DNA of 64,000 bases, taken from Dehalococcoidia bacterium (GTDB lineage Bacteria; Chloroflexota; Dehalococcoidia; Lucifugimonadales; UBA3495). The stretch is taken from contig OZ240220.1 of the NCBI GenBank assembly GCA_965197655.1, positions 71,508 to 135,507 of the forward strand. The letters run 5' to 3'. Both the position numbers and the translations under genes were made by a program. Below the pieces are notes generated by a model that did no database searches, had not been told where the DNA came from, and was given only the letters and a program-made list of their open reading frames with translations. Shown here in pieces: positions 9,174 through 17,253 of this stretch (the first letter of the stretch is position 1; each line of letters starts with the position of its first letter).

Positions 9174-9202
9174 CTGGATTCCGGCTTCCGCCGGAATGAC
9201 GG
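9174..9202. repeat. hairpin unit CTGGATTCCGGCTTCCGCCGGAATGACGG (right arm of the GIY-YIG cassette)
   Basis: The reverse complement matches 8834-8862 at about 27 of 29 positions. Confidence 0.8.
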
Positions 9203-9278
9203 TAAAGAGGATTGTGTCTAATGTAATTGGCCTGGGATGACAATGAAAAGCCCTTGCTAACCAATATAGGAGATGAGA

Positions 9279-10274
9279 ATGCGCAGTATAGATATCCACG
9301 CCCATATTGCCCCGGCAGTGGCGGCTAACCTGTCCGAAGGGCAGGAGTGGCACGGTTTCACCCGTCAAGAGGCCGGCGGCCGCCAATTTCTGATCCGGGG
9401 TTCCAAGCGCCAATGGCTGCACCCCAAGTATTTGCTGACGCCGGAACAGCGCGTCGCTGAAATGGATTCCCTGGGGGTGGACGTTCATGTTCTTACCACT
9501 TGGGTCGGTATGTATAACTATGACCTGCCTGACGAGGTGGGCGCCGCTGCCTGCCGCGACTGCAACGACCATGTGGCAGAGCTAACCCGCAGCCATCCCC
9601 AGCGGTTTGCCGGCTTGGCTACCCTGCCGATGCAGGATGTCAACGCCGCCATCGCTGAGTTGGACCGGGCGATGAGCCAACTGGGCCTGAAGGGAGCGCA
9701 AATTAACGACCAGGTAAATGGCAAGACCCTGGACGCCCCGGATTTCCTTCCTTTTTGGCAGTCGGTAGAAGAGATGGGCGCTCTGATTTTCTTCCACCAG
9801 CAGGGGGACGACACGATAGTCGCGCCCCGGGATACCAAGGGCTACGCCATTGACAACTCTATCGGCAACCTGGCCGACCGGGCGGTGACTTTCGCCACCC
9901 TGGTATTCAGCGGGGTGCTGGACCGGTTCCCCGACTTGAAGGTGTGCTTGGCTCACGGCGGCGGGTTTGCCTGTTTCGGCGCCGGCCGGATGGACCGGGG
10001 CTGGCAAGTGCGCTCCGAGGCCCGCGCTCACGGCGCCGGGCTGCCGAGCAGCTACCTGAACAAGGTCTATTACGACTGCCTGACCCACAGCGAGGCGGTA
10101 CTGCGCTATATGATTGATTCCGCCGGCATAGACCGCATCTTTCTGGGCAGCGACTGGCCTTATGATATGGGCATCGACTCCCCGGTCGAATGGGTCAACA
10201 GCCTGGAGAGTTTAACCCAGGATGAAAAGGAAGCCATCCTGTGGAAGAACCTGGAGCGGGTGCTGGGCATTTAG
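9279..10274 (+). CDS. amidohydrolase_2 family protein, paralogue 5
   Basis: MRSIDIHAH, FHQQGD, AHGGGF and LGSDWPYD motifs. ATG 9279 is preferred because AGGAG (9268-9272) directly abuts the track ATG at 9273. It has the longest variable insertion after the HxH motif. Confidence 0.87.
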   Translation: MRSIDIHAHIAPAVAANLSEGQEWHGFTRQEAGGRQFLIRGSKRQWLHPKYLLTPEQRVAEMDSLGVDVHVLTTWVGMYNYDLPDEVGAAACRDCNDHVAELTRSHPQRFAGLATLPMQDVNAAIAELDRAMSQLGLKGAQINDQVNGKTLDAPDFLPFWQSVEEMGALIFFHQQGDDTIVAPRDTKGYAIDNSIGNLADRAVTFATLVFSGVLDRFPDLKVCLAHGGGFACFGAGRMDRGWQVRSEARAHGAGLPSSYLNKVYYDCLTHSEAVLRYMIDSAGIDRIFLGSDWPYDMGIDSPVEWVNSLESLTQDEKEAILWKNLERVLGI

Positions 10275-10275
10275 A

Positions 10276-10397
10276 CCTGGGGCTCGCCCCGCTGGTCCTG
10301 AGCCTGTCGAAGGACCCACCGCCGGATAAGGGAGCTCGGTTCGATTATCTCATTGTGAGCGGGTCCGGTTGTTGACCAGGACTGTGGGATTGCCCGG
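10276..10397. mobile_element. MITE type 2, inverted and left-truncated copy
   Basis: GCTGGTCCTGAGCCTGTCGAAGGAC and CATTGTGAGC are reverse complements of the type-2 interior. The right end CAGGACTGTGGGATTGCCCGG resembles the terminus. The left terminus is missing, directly after the paralogue-5 stop. Confidence 0.55.
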
Positions 10398-10414
10398 GGA
10401 AGCAGGCAAATAAT

Positions 10415-10443
10415 TTGGTGAACCCGTCAATTGCTGGTATTAT
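10415..10443 (+). promoter_or_regulatory. possible sigma70-type promoter for VOC-FAH genes
   Basis: TTGGTG, 17 nt, TATTAT, about 48 nt upstream of ATG 10491. Confidence 0.3.
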
Positions 10444-10490
10444 GGGCGTATCCAATCCAGACCGGAAAAAGCTGAAACAGGAGGAAGTCA

Positions 10491-10880
10491 ATGCTTGAAG
10501 ACCAGATTAGGCTCAAGAACATTAACCACATCACCTACAACGTGAAGGACAAGGACGCTGCGCTCCTTTGGTACGAAGATGTTTTGGGGCTGAAGCAGAT
10601 TCCCAAAATGGTCAACAGCGACCATCTCTACTGGCTGCAACTGCCCAGCGGCGCGATGGTTCACATAATCGAGAACGAGGGGGCCCCTTCCGCTCCGTCC
10701 CACCACACCGCCTTTGAGGTGGACGACATTGAGGCTTCCCGGGATTACTTTGTAGGCAAGGGAATCGAGACCACGGATATCCAGACCCGCAACGACGGAC
10801 AGCGAGCCTTCTACATTAACGACCCGGACGGCAACCGGATTGAGCTTTGCACCATTTCCGGGTTTGGCGTACTGGTCTAA
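10491..10880 (+). CDS. VOC (glyoxalase/extradiol dioxygenase fold) family protein
   Basis: 129 aa. NHITYNVKD, HHTAFEVDD and INDPDGNRIEL are typical of the VOC fold. Strong RBS AGGAGGAAG. Confidence 0.8.
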   Translation: MLEDQIRLKNINHITYNVKDKDAALLWYEDVLGLKQIPKMVNSDHLYWLQLPSGAMVHIIENEGAPSAPSHHTAFEVDDIEASRDYFVGKGIETTDIQTRNDGQRAFYINDPDGNRIELCTISGFGVLV

Positions 10881-10947
10881 AACTCTGGCCCAGCCCAGCC
10901 GGGCCGATCGGGTAGCTACGAAAGCAGCCCAATTTAGGAGAAGAATA

Positions 10948-11871
10948 ATGAAGCTGGTTTTCTTTGACGATTTCAAGCTGGGCGTAGTCAAGGGCGATGC
11001 GGTGGTGGACGTTTCCGCAGCCGTCAGCAGCGTCCCGCACACTTCGCCCCAGGACCTGATTAACCGGGTAATTGAGGGTTGGAGTGAGCATCAGGGTAAT
11101 ATCGAAGCCTTGGTCAACGCCGAAAGCGGCGTGGCCCTCAGTTCGGTCAAGCTCCGGCCGCCCCTGCCCAAGCCCTATTCCATCGTCTGCATGGCGGTCA
11201 ACTATATGGAGGACGGCACCCGAGCCGAGCCGGCCCCGATTAACGCCTTCCTCAAGTCGCCCCACTGCATCGTCGGCCCCGACGATACAGTAGCGCTGCC
11301 CGACATTCCCGCCACCATCTTTGAGTTCGAGGCGGAGATGGCCTTCGTAATCGGCAAGCGGGCGGAAAACGTCAAGCCGGAAGACGCCTATGACTATATT
11401 TTCGGCTACCTTAACTTCATCGACGGGTCGGCGCGCGGCGTGCTGCCTCCCGGCAACACCTTCTACCAGATGAAGTCCCGGGCCACCTTCGCCCCCATCG
11501 GCCCTTATGTGGTAACCGCCGATGAGTTTACTAACCCGCTGAATCGTCAAGTAAGGCTGTCGGTCAACGGCGAACTCAAGCAGAACTACAACACCAGCGA
11601 CATGGCCCACCAGATTCCCCGCATTATGGAATGGGTGACCTCCATCCACCCGCTGGAGCCGGGCGACATCGTAGCCGCCGGCACCAATCACCGGGGTCTC
11701 AGTTCCCTGATGGACGGCGACGTGCTTGACCTGGAAGTGGAGGGTCTGGGCAACCTCCACCTCAACTTCAAGGACGACCTGAAGCGCACCTGGTCCCGGG
11801 AAACCCGTCTTGACCGGATGGACCAGGGCTTGGAAGGAACCACCCCCCAGCTAACCGGCAAGTATTCCTAA
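10948..11871 (+). CDS. fumarylacetoacetate hydrolase (FAH) family protein
   Basis: ATG 10948 has AGGAG 8 nt upstream, whereas track start 10840 overlaps the VOC gene. FEFEAEMAFVIGKRA, DGSARG and LEPGDIVAAGTNHRG match the FAH-family C-terminal catalytic domain. Confidence 0.85.
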   Translation: MKLVFFDDFKLGVVKGDAVVDVSAAVSSVPHTSPQDLINRVIEGWSEHQGNIEALVNAESGVALSSVKLRPPLPKPYSIVCMAVNYMEDGTRAEPAPINAFLKSPHCIVGPDDTVALPDIPATIFEFEAEMAFVIGKRAENVKPEDAYDYIFGYLNFIDGSARGVLPPGNTFYQMKSRATFAPIGPYVVTADEFTNPLNRQVRLSVNGELKQNYNTSDMAHQIPRIMEWVTSIHPLEPGDIVAAGTNHRGLSSLMDGDVLDLEVEGLGNLHLNFKDDLKRTWSRETRLDRMDQGLEGTTPQLTGKYS

Positions 11872-11914
11872 AGCCGGGTTAACCTCCCGGTGTTTTCGAC
11901 GCCGATAGCAAACT

Positions 11915-11946
11915 GGCCTCCGGGTTACCCGGAGGCCCATTTCTTT
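11915..11946 (+). terminator. rho-independent terminator after the FAH gene
   Basis: GGCCTCCGGG / CCCGGAGGCC 10-bp stem, 3-nt loop, followed by CATTTCTTT. Confidence 0.6.
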
Positions 11947-11970
11947 AGCGGAAAGCGCAAGCAGTCGTTG

Positions 11971-11979
11971 TGATACAAT
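11971..11979 (+). promoter_or_regulatory. possible extended -10 promoter (TGaTACAAT)
   Basis: TG-A-TACAAT lies 29 nt upstream of ATG 12008. There is no clear -35. Confidence 0.3.
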
Positions 11980-12007
11980 GCAGGCCACCGCATAGGGGAG
12001 AAATTAT

Positions 12008-12343
12008 ATGGCTACGTCAGACGACATCGCCACTGCACCGGCGAAAAAACGGAAGCGGGTCAGCCGGGTGGAAAGGTCCCGCCAGATTTGGGATGAAGTT
12101 GAACAGGCGGTTAGGGCAGTCGCCGTCCGCCGGGGCTGGCCCCACGAAAGTTTTGAAGACCTGGACCAGGTAGTGCAGCGTCTGGATAAGGAAAGCCCAA
12201 GCCCTTACCGGCAGTATTGGCTTGGACTCCACGCTTGTATGGTATTTCTGGACAGCGCCAACTATGACTGTATGGAAATGTCTGAGGTGAAGTCGTGGCA
12301 GCCGATGGCGGAAGAATACATCAAGGAGCTTGAAGCCCTTTAG
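12008..12343 (+). CDS. hypothetical small helical protein, possibly PaREP1/HEPN-like
   Basis: 111 aa with a basic N-terminus (APAKKRKRVSRVERSR). It shares the pattern AV..RRGW.H.S...L and a later LH with the next ORF. No confident family assignment. Confidence 0.55.
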   Translation: MATSDDIATAPAKKRKRVSRVERSRQIWDEVEQAVRAVAVRRGWPHESFEDLDQVVQRLDKESPSPYRQYWLGLHACMVFLDSANYDCMEMSEVKSWQPMAEEYIKELEAL

Positions 12344-12370
12344 CTGGTTCCAAGTTAGTCAGGAACGCCT

Positions 12371-12730
12371 TTGACGCCGGAAGAGCATATACTCGAATCA
12401 CATGACTCATTGCTGACTGCTGAACGTCTGTACCGTGAAGGCCGGCCATTGCAGGGAGCGGAAATTATCTGGTGTTCAGTTAAGCACACCATCAATGCCA
12501 TTGGTATGCGGCGCGGTTGGCGATTTGGTACTTATGGACAGAAGGTGAGCGTCATAAGATCCTTGGAAATGGACGGGCATCAAGGTTTGCAGCAACTCCT
12601 TGCCTTTGCTCGGCGTCTGCATACGGACTCCGACCACGGGGTCTTGAATGTTGAGGAGATAGAGGAGTACCGGTCAGCATCTATTATTTTGATGGAGCGG
12701 CTGCTACGAATTGCGGCGGAACGTGAGTAG
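12371..12730 (+). CDS. hypothetical small helical protein, PaREP1/HEPN-like
   Basis: 119 aa with TTG start after AGGAAC. AERLYREGRPLQGAEIIWCSVKHTINAIGMRRGW...ARRLHTDSDHGVL..EEIE resembles, from memory, the PaREP1-type HEPN-superfamily layout. Visibly more AT-rich than its neighbours. Confidence 0.5.
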   Translation: MTPEEHILESHDSLLTAERLYREGRPLQGAEIIWCSVKHTINAIGMRRGWRFGTYGQKVSVIRSLEMDGHQGLQQLLAFARRLHTDSDHGVLNVEEIEEYRSASIILMERLLRIAAERE

Positions 12731-12760
12731 CGGAGGTTGCAGGGATTCGTTTGGGGAAAA

Positions 12761-12836
12761 TGGCGTCCCAGGCAGGATTCGAACCCGCGACCCGCTGCTT
12801 AGAAGGCAGCCGCTCTATCCACTGAGCTACTGGGAC
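12761..12836 (-). tRNA. tRNA-Arg: tRNA-Arg (anticodon UCU), CCA encoded
   Basis: The reverse complement GTCCCAGTAGCTCAGTGGATAGAGCGGCTGCCTTCTAAGCAGCGGGTCGCGGGTTCGAATCCTGCCTGGGACGCCA folds as a cloverleaf. It has a 7-bp acceptor stem, GCTC/GAGC D stem, GCTGC/GCAGC anticodon stem with loop CTTCTAA, a TTCGAAT T loop and a 3' CCA. Confidence 0.95.
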
Positions 12837-12897
12837 TGACTGTTGGCGCGTTTACGGGGTTGGTCGGATTGACAGCACAATATAATCTGGTTTACTA

Positions 12898-12926
12898 ATC
12901 TTACGTAGCCTGCAATTGGGTGTCAA
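12898..12926 (-). promoter_or_regulatory. likely promoter of tRNA-Arg
   Basis: The minus strand reads TTGACA (12926-12921), 17 nt, TAAGAT (12903-12898), about 55 nt upstream of the tRNA 5' end. Confidence 0.4.
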
Positions 12927-13016
12927 GACAAGCATGGATAGGATAAAATAGGAGCGTCCGGGGTTGCGGGCTTCAGCCAACCGCCGGTAATAATTGCTGA
13001 ATGGGGATAGTTCTCA

Positions 13017-13418
13017 ATGGTTCAAGATAGCCGCCCGGTAAGGGTGTTGGTAGCCAAGCCGGGTCTGGACGGCCACGACCGGGGAGCTAAAGTTATTGCT
13101 CGTGCCTTGCGCGACGCCGGAATGGAAGTAATCTACACCGGAATACGCCAGACGCCGCAAATGATTGTCCAGGCCGCCGTTCAAGAGGACGTGGAAGTTT
13201 TGGGCTTGAGCATCCTCTCCGGGGCGCACATGGAGTTGCTCCCGGAGATTATGAGCCTGCTGCGGGAACAGGATATGGACGATGTGATGGTGGTGCTGGG
13301 AGGCATAATCCCGGAAGAGGACCGGCAGCCTCTGGCCGAAATAGGGGTAAAAGCGGTCTTTGGCCCCGGCGCCGCCACTCAGGAGATTGTTGACTATATC
13401 CGCAACGGTTTGCGATGA
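13017..13418 (+). CDS. methylmalonyl-CoA mutase small subunit (cobalamin-binding domain)
   Basis: 133 aa. [33 protein letters not shown] contains the DxHxxG B12-ligand motif. It also has LSILSGAH and GGIIP. Confidence 0.9.
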   Translation: MVQDSRPVRVLVAKPGLDGHDRGAKVIARALRDAGMEVIYTGIRQTPQMIVQAAVQEDVEVLGLSILSGAHMELLPEIMSLLREQDMDDVMVVLGGIIPEEDRQPLAEIGVKAVFGPGAATQEIVDYIRNGLR

Positions 13419-13610
13419 CCGGCAAGCGGCCGGCAGCGCCGCGCCCGGTGAAAGGGTTCTCTTGCCGTGACGCCGGCGTGGTTCTAATTTCTTCATGCTG
13501 CCCGCCGGCTTCCCAACTTTTGCCGTAAGGAATGTCCTCGTGCGGGAATCTCCTTCCGCTAATCTGGCCGCAAACCCGGTTTTCTTGAGTTTTCTTGATC
13601 ATACCTACGC

Positions 13611-13641
13611 TTGACAGCAGCCTACATTATGCACTTATAAT
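13611..13641 (+). promoter_or_regulatory. possible promoter of the yceD-rpmF cluster
   Basis: TTGACA and TATAAT, but with a long 19-nt spacer. Confidence 0.25.
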
Positions 13642-13738
13642 CATTCCCAATTTAACGGCTGAGGGTTGCTTAATAATCCCTTGACCTTACTTCTGCGGAG
13701 AGACCGGTTTGTCCTCCGCTGGCGTTCTTTGAAAAGTG

Positions 13739-14260
13739 ATGCAATTTAATGTAGCGCAATTGTTGAAGGAACCTACCGGCTCCACCCGCAGTGTTGATTT
13801 GAGCCAGGAGCCGGAAGGCGGGAGACGGGTTGCCGAAGCCATTGGCGGCAGGTTGCAATTCCTGCGCACCCACCAGGGGCTGTTGGTTCGCGGCAATCTG
13901 GACTCAAAGGTAGTCTGGACTTGCAGCCGGTGCCTTAAAGAGTTCGTTGGCACGTCGGCGCTGGTGGTGGAGGAAGAGTTCTTTCCTCTGGTTGATGTCA
14001 ATACCGGGCAGCGTATCGAGTTGCCGGATGATGCCGACGAGGCGGTTATAGACGCTAATCACGTCTTGGATTTGACCGAGGTGCTGCGCCAGTATGTAAT
14101 TGCGGCGCAGCCGATTAAACCCCTCTGCCGGGTGGACTGTTCCGGGTTATGCCCGGAATGCGGGGTGGACCTTAATTCAGAAAAATGTACGTGCGGTGAA
14201 GATTTGCGGGACCCTCGCTGGGATACCCTGGCGGCTTTGCTGCACGAATCCGAAGTTTAA
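13739..14260 (+). CDS. yceD: YceD/DUF177 family protein
   Basis: Cys pairs CSRC and CPEC..CTC with an acidic C-terminus. It sits in the conserved position immediately upstream of rpmF. Confidence 0.8.
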   Translation: MQFNVAQLLKEPTGSTRSVDLSQEPEGGRRVAEAIGGRLQFLRTHQGLLVRGNLDSKVVWTCSRCLKEFVGTSALVVEEEFFPLVDVNTGQRIELPDDADEAVIDANHVLDLTEVLRQYVIAAQPIKPLCRVDCSGLCPECGVDLNSEKCTCGEDLRDPRWDTLAALLHESEV

Positions 14261-14273
14261 GGGGAATGTTGTA

Positions 14274-14456
14274 ATGGGCGCACTGCCAAAAAAGAAGGTA
14301 ACCCGAGCCAGGAGAGGTCGCCGGCTGACCTCCTATAAGCTGAAGCAGCTTCATCCCGCCTTGTGTCAAAGGTGTCGCACCGCTAAATTGCCCCACGCGG
14401 CCTGCCCCCAATGCGGTTATTACCGGGGAAGACAGGTAGTTGGGGTTGGAGTGTAA
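14274..14456 (+). CDS. rpmF: 50S ribosomal protein L32
   Basis: 60 aa. MGALPKKKVTRARRGRR... with CQRC...CPQCG zinc knuckle. This is an internal ATG of track ORF 14100-14456. Confidence 0.92.
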   Translation: MGALPKKKVTRARRGRRLTSYKLKQLHPALCQRCRTAKLPHAACPQCGYYRGRQVVGVGV

Positions 14457-14563
14457 TCCCTTTTGTTCAGGTTTCTGGCGTTGGGATAGCGGCGTCAAGC
14501 AGCGCCGCCCCGAAGGCAGCCAGCCGCCAGTATAAGCTAATTGCTTGAGACGGGCAATTTGGG

Positions 14564-15526
14564 TTGAGTGTGGAGGCGATTACGAATACGCAAAATAACA
14601 AAGGCTTTTCCTATGTCTTCCCGGGCCAGGGTTCGCAGAGCGTGGGTATGGGTCTGGAGCTTTTCCACACCTCTGCGGCAGCCAGGCAGGTATTTGAGGA
14701 AGCCGACGACAGTCTGGACTTTCCCCTTTCCAGGATAATCTTTGAGGGGCCTTCCCGAGAACTTCAGGACACCATGAATTCCCAGCCGGCTATTATGGTG
14801 GTCAGCATCGCCTGCTGGAAGGCTTGGGAAGAAATCTTGGGGGCCCAATCTCCCCGTCCGGTATCCGTTGCCGGCCACAGTTTGGGGGAATACACCTCGC
14901 TGGTGGTAGCCGGGGTTGTCAGCTTCCGGGATGGCATTAGACTGGTCCGGGAGCGGGGCCGGCTGATGCACGAGGCTGCCGAGGTTCAGCCCGGCGGAAT
15001 GGCGGCGATTATCGGTCTGGACGAGTTCGCTTTTGAGCATATCTGCGCTGAGACCGGGGTGGAATTAGCCAACGTGAACAGCGACGACCAGGTGGTCATC
15101 AGCGGCGACAAGATTGCTGTAGCCCGCGCGATGGATTTGGCTGCGGCCCGGGGCGCCAAGAAGACCGTTCCGTTGAAGGTGAGCGGCGCTTTTCATTCTT
15201 CCCTGATGAGCTATGCGCAGGAAGGGTTAGTAGAGGTTCTGACCGGCTTGGAGTTGCGCGATCCGGAAGTGCCGATAATTGCCAACTCCCTCGCCACGCC
15301 GGTAACCACGGCAGCCCAGGTGCGTAGTGAGTTAGTCAGCGGCCTTTGCCACTGCGTTCAATGGAAGCAGTCCGTTCGCTATATGGTGGACGCCGGGGCT
15401 TCCCACTTTATGGAATTCGGCCCGGCCCGGGTCCTGTCCAGTTTAATCAAGCGCATTGACCGGGATGTGGAGGCTTTTACCTTGTCTGACCCGGAGTCAA
15501 TACAGAAAGTCACTCAGGCAATTTAG
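14564..15526 (+). CDS. fabD: malonyl CoA-ACP transacylase
   Basis: FPGQGSQSVGMG and active-site GHSLGEYTSL, with a SGAFHS motif. Confidence 0.92.
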   Translation: MSVEAITNTQNNKGFSYVFPGQGSQSVGMGLELFHTSAAARQVFEEADDSLDFPLSRIIFEGPSRELQDTMNSQPAIMVVSIACWKAWEEILGAQSPRPVSVAGHSLGEYTSLVVAGVVSFRDGIRLVRERGRLMHEAAEVQPGGMAAIIGLDEFAFEHICAETGVELANVNSDDQVVISGDKIAVARAMDLAAARGAKKTVPLKVSGAFHSSLMSYAQEGLVEVLTGLELRDPEVPIIANSLATPVTTAAQVRSELVSGLCHCVQWKQSVRYMVDAGASHFMEFGPARVLSSLIKRIDRDVEAFTLSDPESIQKVTQAI

Positions 15527-15563
15527 AGATTAAGCGAAAACAGGATAGTAATACGCCGGCCCT

Positions 15564-16049
15564 TTGGTGATTATGCCCGAGGTATTGACCAACGACCCAA
15601 GACGGACAGCGCGGATGATGGCTCTCCAGGCCGGTTTCGCCGGGGATTTACGGGGGAGCTTTGAGGAGTCCGCCCTGGAATGGCTGGCCCAAGAAAATCC
15701 GTTGCGGCAGAAGGATAAAGCCGACATAATGGCCTTCTCCCAAACGCTGTTGTGCGGTGTTCAGGAAAAGCGGCAAGCCTTGGACGAGTTAATCCAGGTT
15801 TATGCTCCGGCTTGGCCGGTCCAGCACCTGTCGCCGGTTGACCGGAATATCCTGCGTATCGCTTTGTTCGAATTACTTCACTATACTAATACTCCCTCCA
15901 AAACTGCGATCAACGAGGCCGTGGAGTTGGCCAAAGTCTTCGGCAGCGAAAGCACCGCCCGGTTTGTCAATGGAGTGCTGGGGTCGGTGATGGCGGCCTT
16001 GTCCAGGGGAGAACTGAATCCGGATACACCTGTGTCGGAAGGGAGATGA
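15564..16049 (+). CDS. nusB: transcription antitermination factor NusB
   Basis: [28 protein letters not shown] and [26 protein letters not shown] are NusB hallmarks. The start could instead be ATG 15570. Confidence 0.88.
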   Translation: MVIMPEVLTNDPRRTARMMALQAGFAGDLRGSFEESALEWLAQENPLRQKDKADIMAFSQTLLCGVQEKRQALDELIQVYAPAWPVQHLSPVDRNILRIALFELLHYTNTPSKTAINEAVELAKVFGSESTARFVNGVLGSVMAALSRGELNPDTPVSEGR

Positions 16050-16053
16050 CCTT

Positions 16054-16314
16054 TTGGCCACCGTTAATGAACGCGTAAAGTTAATTGTGATAGATAAACT
16101 GGGACTGGATGAAGGCCAAGTGGAGGAAAGTTCTTCCTTCATTGACGACCTGAATGCCGACTCCCTGGACTTGGTAGAGTTGATTATGGCCTTTGAAGAG
16201 GAGTTCTCCACCGACGGTAACCCGGTGGAAATTTCTGACGAAGACGCCTCAAACATCCGAACGGTCGAGGACGCTATAACCTACCTGACCGAGCACGGCG
16301 TTGCCAACGAGTAG
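16054..16314 (+). CDS. acpP: acyl carrier protein
   Basis: 86 aa with the [19 protein letters not shown] phosphopantetheine-attachment motif. TTG start. Confidence 0.9.
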   Translation: MATVNERVKLIVIDKLGLDEGQVEESSSFIDDLNADSLDLVELIMAFEEEFSTDGNPVEISDEDASNIRTVEDAITYLTEHGVANE

Positions 16315-16578
16315 CCCCGGCAGTTACGCCGTTTTCCCATACTGACGCCGGCAATAGCCGCCGCCAGTGTCGGGTTGCCCGGCTAAACGGGTTGGTGGTC
16401 CGGCTTGTGTCGGATGGCCTCCTTCCGGCTGGTTGTGCAGTTTCCCGATTGGCAAGTCTCAAGAAGTGCGGCCTTGCTCCGGTTATATCCAATGCCCGGC
16501 AAAATTGCTTTGGGGGGTTGGGCTTGACCGGCGGCGCTGCCGAATCGGTGAGATATGCCGGCAAGGTACGTGAGATAG

Positions 16579-17223
16579 ATGGATAGCCTGCAAGAAATAG
16601 CTCGTTTAGTCGCGCAATGTACCGACTGCGACCTACATCAGGGACGCAACAATGCCGTTCCCGGTGAGGGGGCTGCCGATGCCGAGTTGATGTTTATCGG
16701 TGAGGGGCCGGGTTCGCAGGAGGACTTGCAGGGTCGGCCCTTTGTCGGGCCGGCGGGCCGGTTTCTCGATGAGCTTTTGGCCTCCATTGGGCTGCGCCGG
16801 GAGCAGGTTTTCATTGCCAATATGGTCAAGTGCCGCCCGCCCCAGAATAGAGATCCTTTGCCGGGCGAAATAGGCGCCTGTAGCAAGTACCTTAACCGTC
16901 AGATTGAGCTGATTAACCCTACGCTAATCGTTACGCTGGGTCGGTTTTCGCTGACCCGTTTCTTTCCCGGTGAAAGCATCACTCGGGCCCGGGGCCGGCT
17001 CCGCGAAAGGGAGGGCCGGCGTATTTACCCGATTATGCACCCGGCGGCAGCCCTCTATCGGCAGGAAATGCGGAGTTCCATCATCGAGGACTTCAAGCTT
17101 ATTCCGGATATTCTGGAAGAGGCGCGGCGGCAGCCGGCTTCTTTACCGGGTTCTTTGCCGGGACTAGTAACGGAGCCGGCGGTGGAAGAGACTCCACGAC
17201 CGGAACAACTGAATCTTTTTTAG
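16579..17223 (+). CDS. uracil-DNA glycosylase, family 4
   Basis: CTDCDLHQGRNNAVPGEG, FIGEGPG, RPFVGPAGRFL and MHPAAALY are family-4 UDG motifs. Confidence 0.88.
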   Translation: MDSLQEIARLVAQCTDCDLHQGRNNAVPGEGAADAELMFIGEGPGSQEDLQGRPFVGPAGRFLDELLASIGLRREQVFIANMVKCRPPQNRDPLPGEIGACSKYLNRQIELINPTLIVTLGRFSLTRFFPGESITRARGRLREREGRRIYPIMHPAAALYRQEMRSSIIEDFKLIPDILEEARRQPASLPGSLPGLVTEPAVEETPRPEQLNLF

Positions 17224-17253
17224 AAATCTACCTTTTTAGGAATTGACTTTAAT

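Noticed and set aside
12008-12836. tRNA-adjacent genomic island or prophage remnant.
   Set aside because: There is no integrase, no direct repeat of the tRNA 3' end and only two small genes. I keep it as a small accessory module only.
12837-13016. Possible cobalamin riboswitch upstream of the B12-binding mutase subunit, and a TPP riboswitch upstream of thiE (52000-52400).
   Set aside because: I could not recognise a B12-box-like or TPP (CUGAGA...ACCUGA) core. The thiE upstream region is occupied by the fmdB coding sequence. A covariance-model scan (Rfam) would be the decisive test.
16315-16578. 264-nt non-coding stretch after acpP as a candidate ncRNA.
   Set aside because: I found no convincing stem-loops, terminator, promoter or repeat-family membership by eye. 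It needs RNA-seq or a covariance scan before any call.
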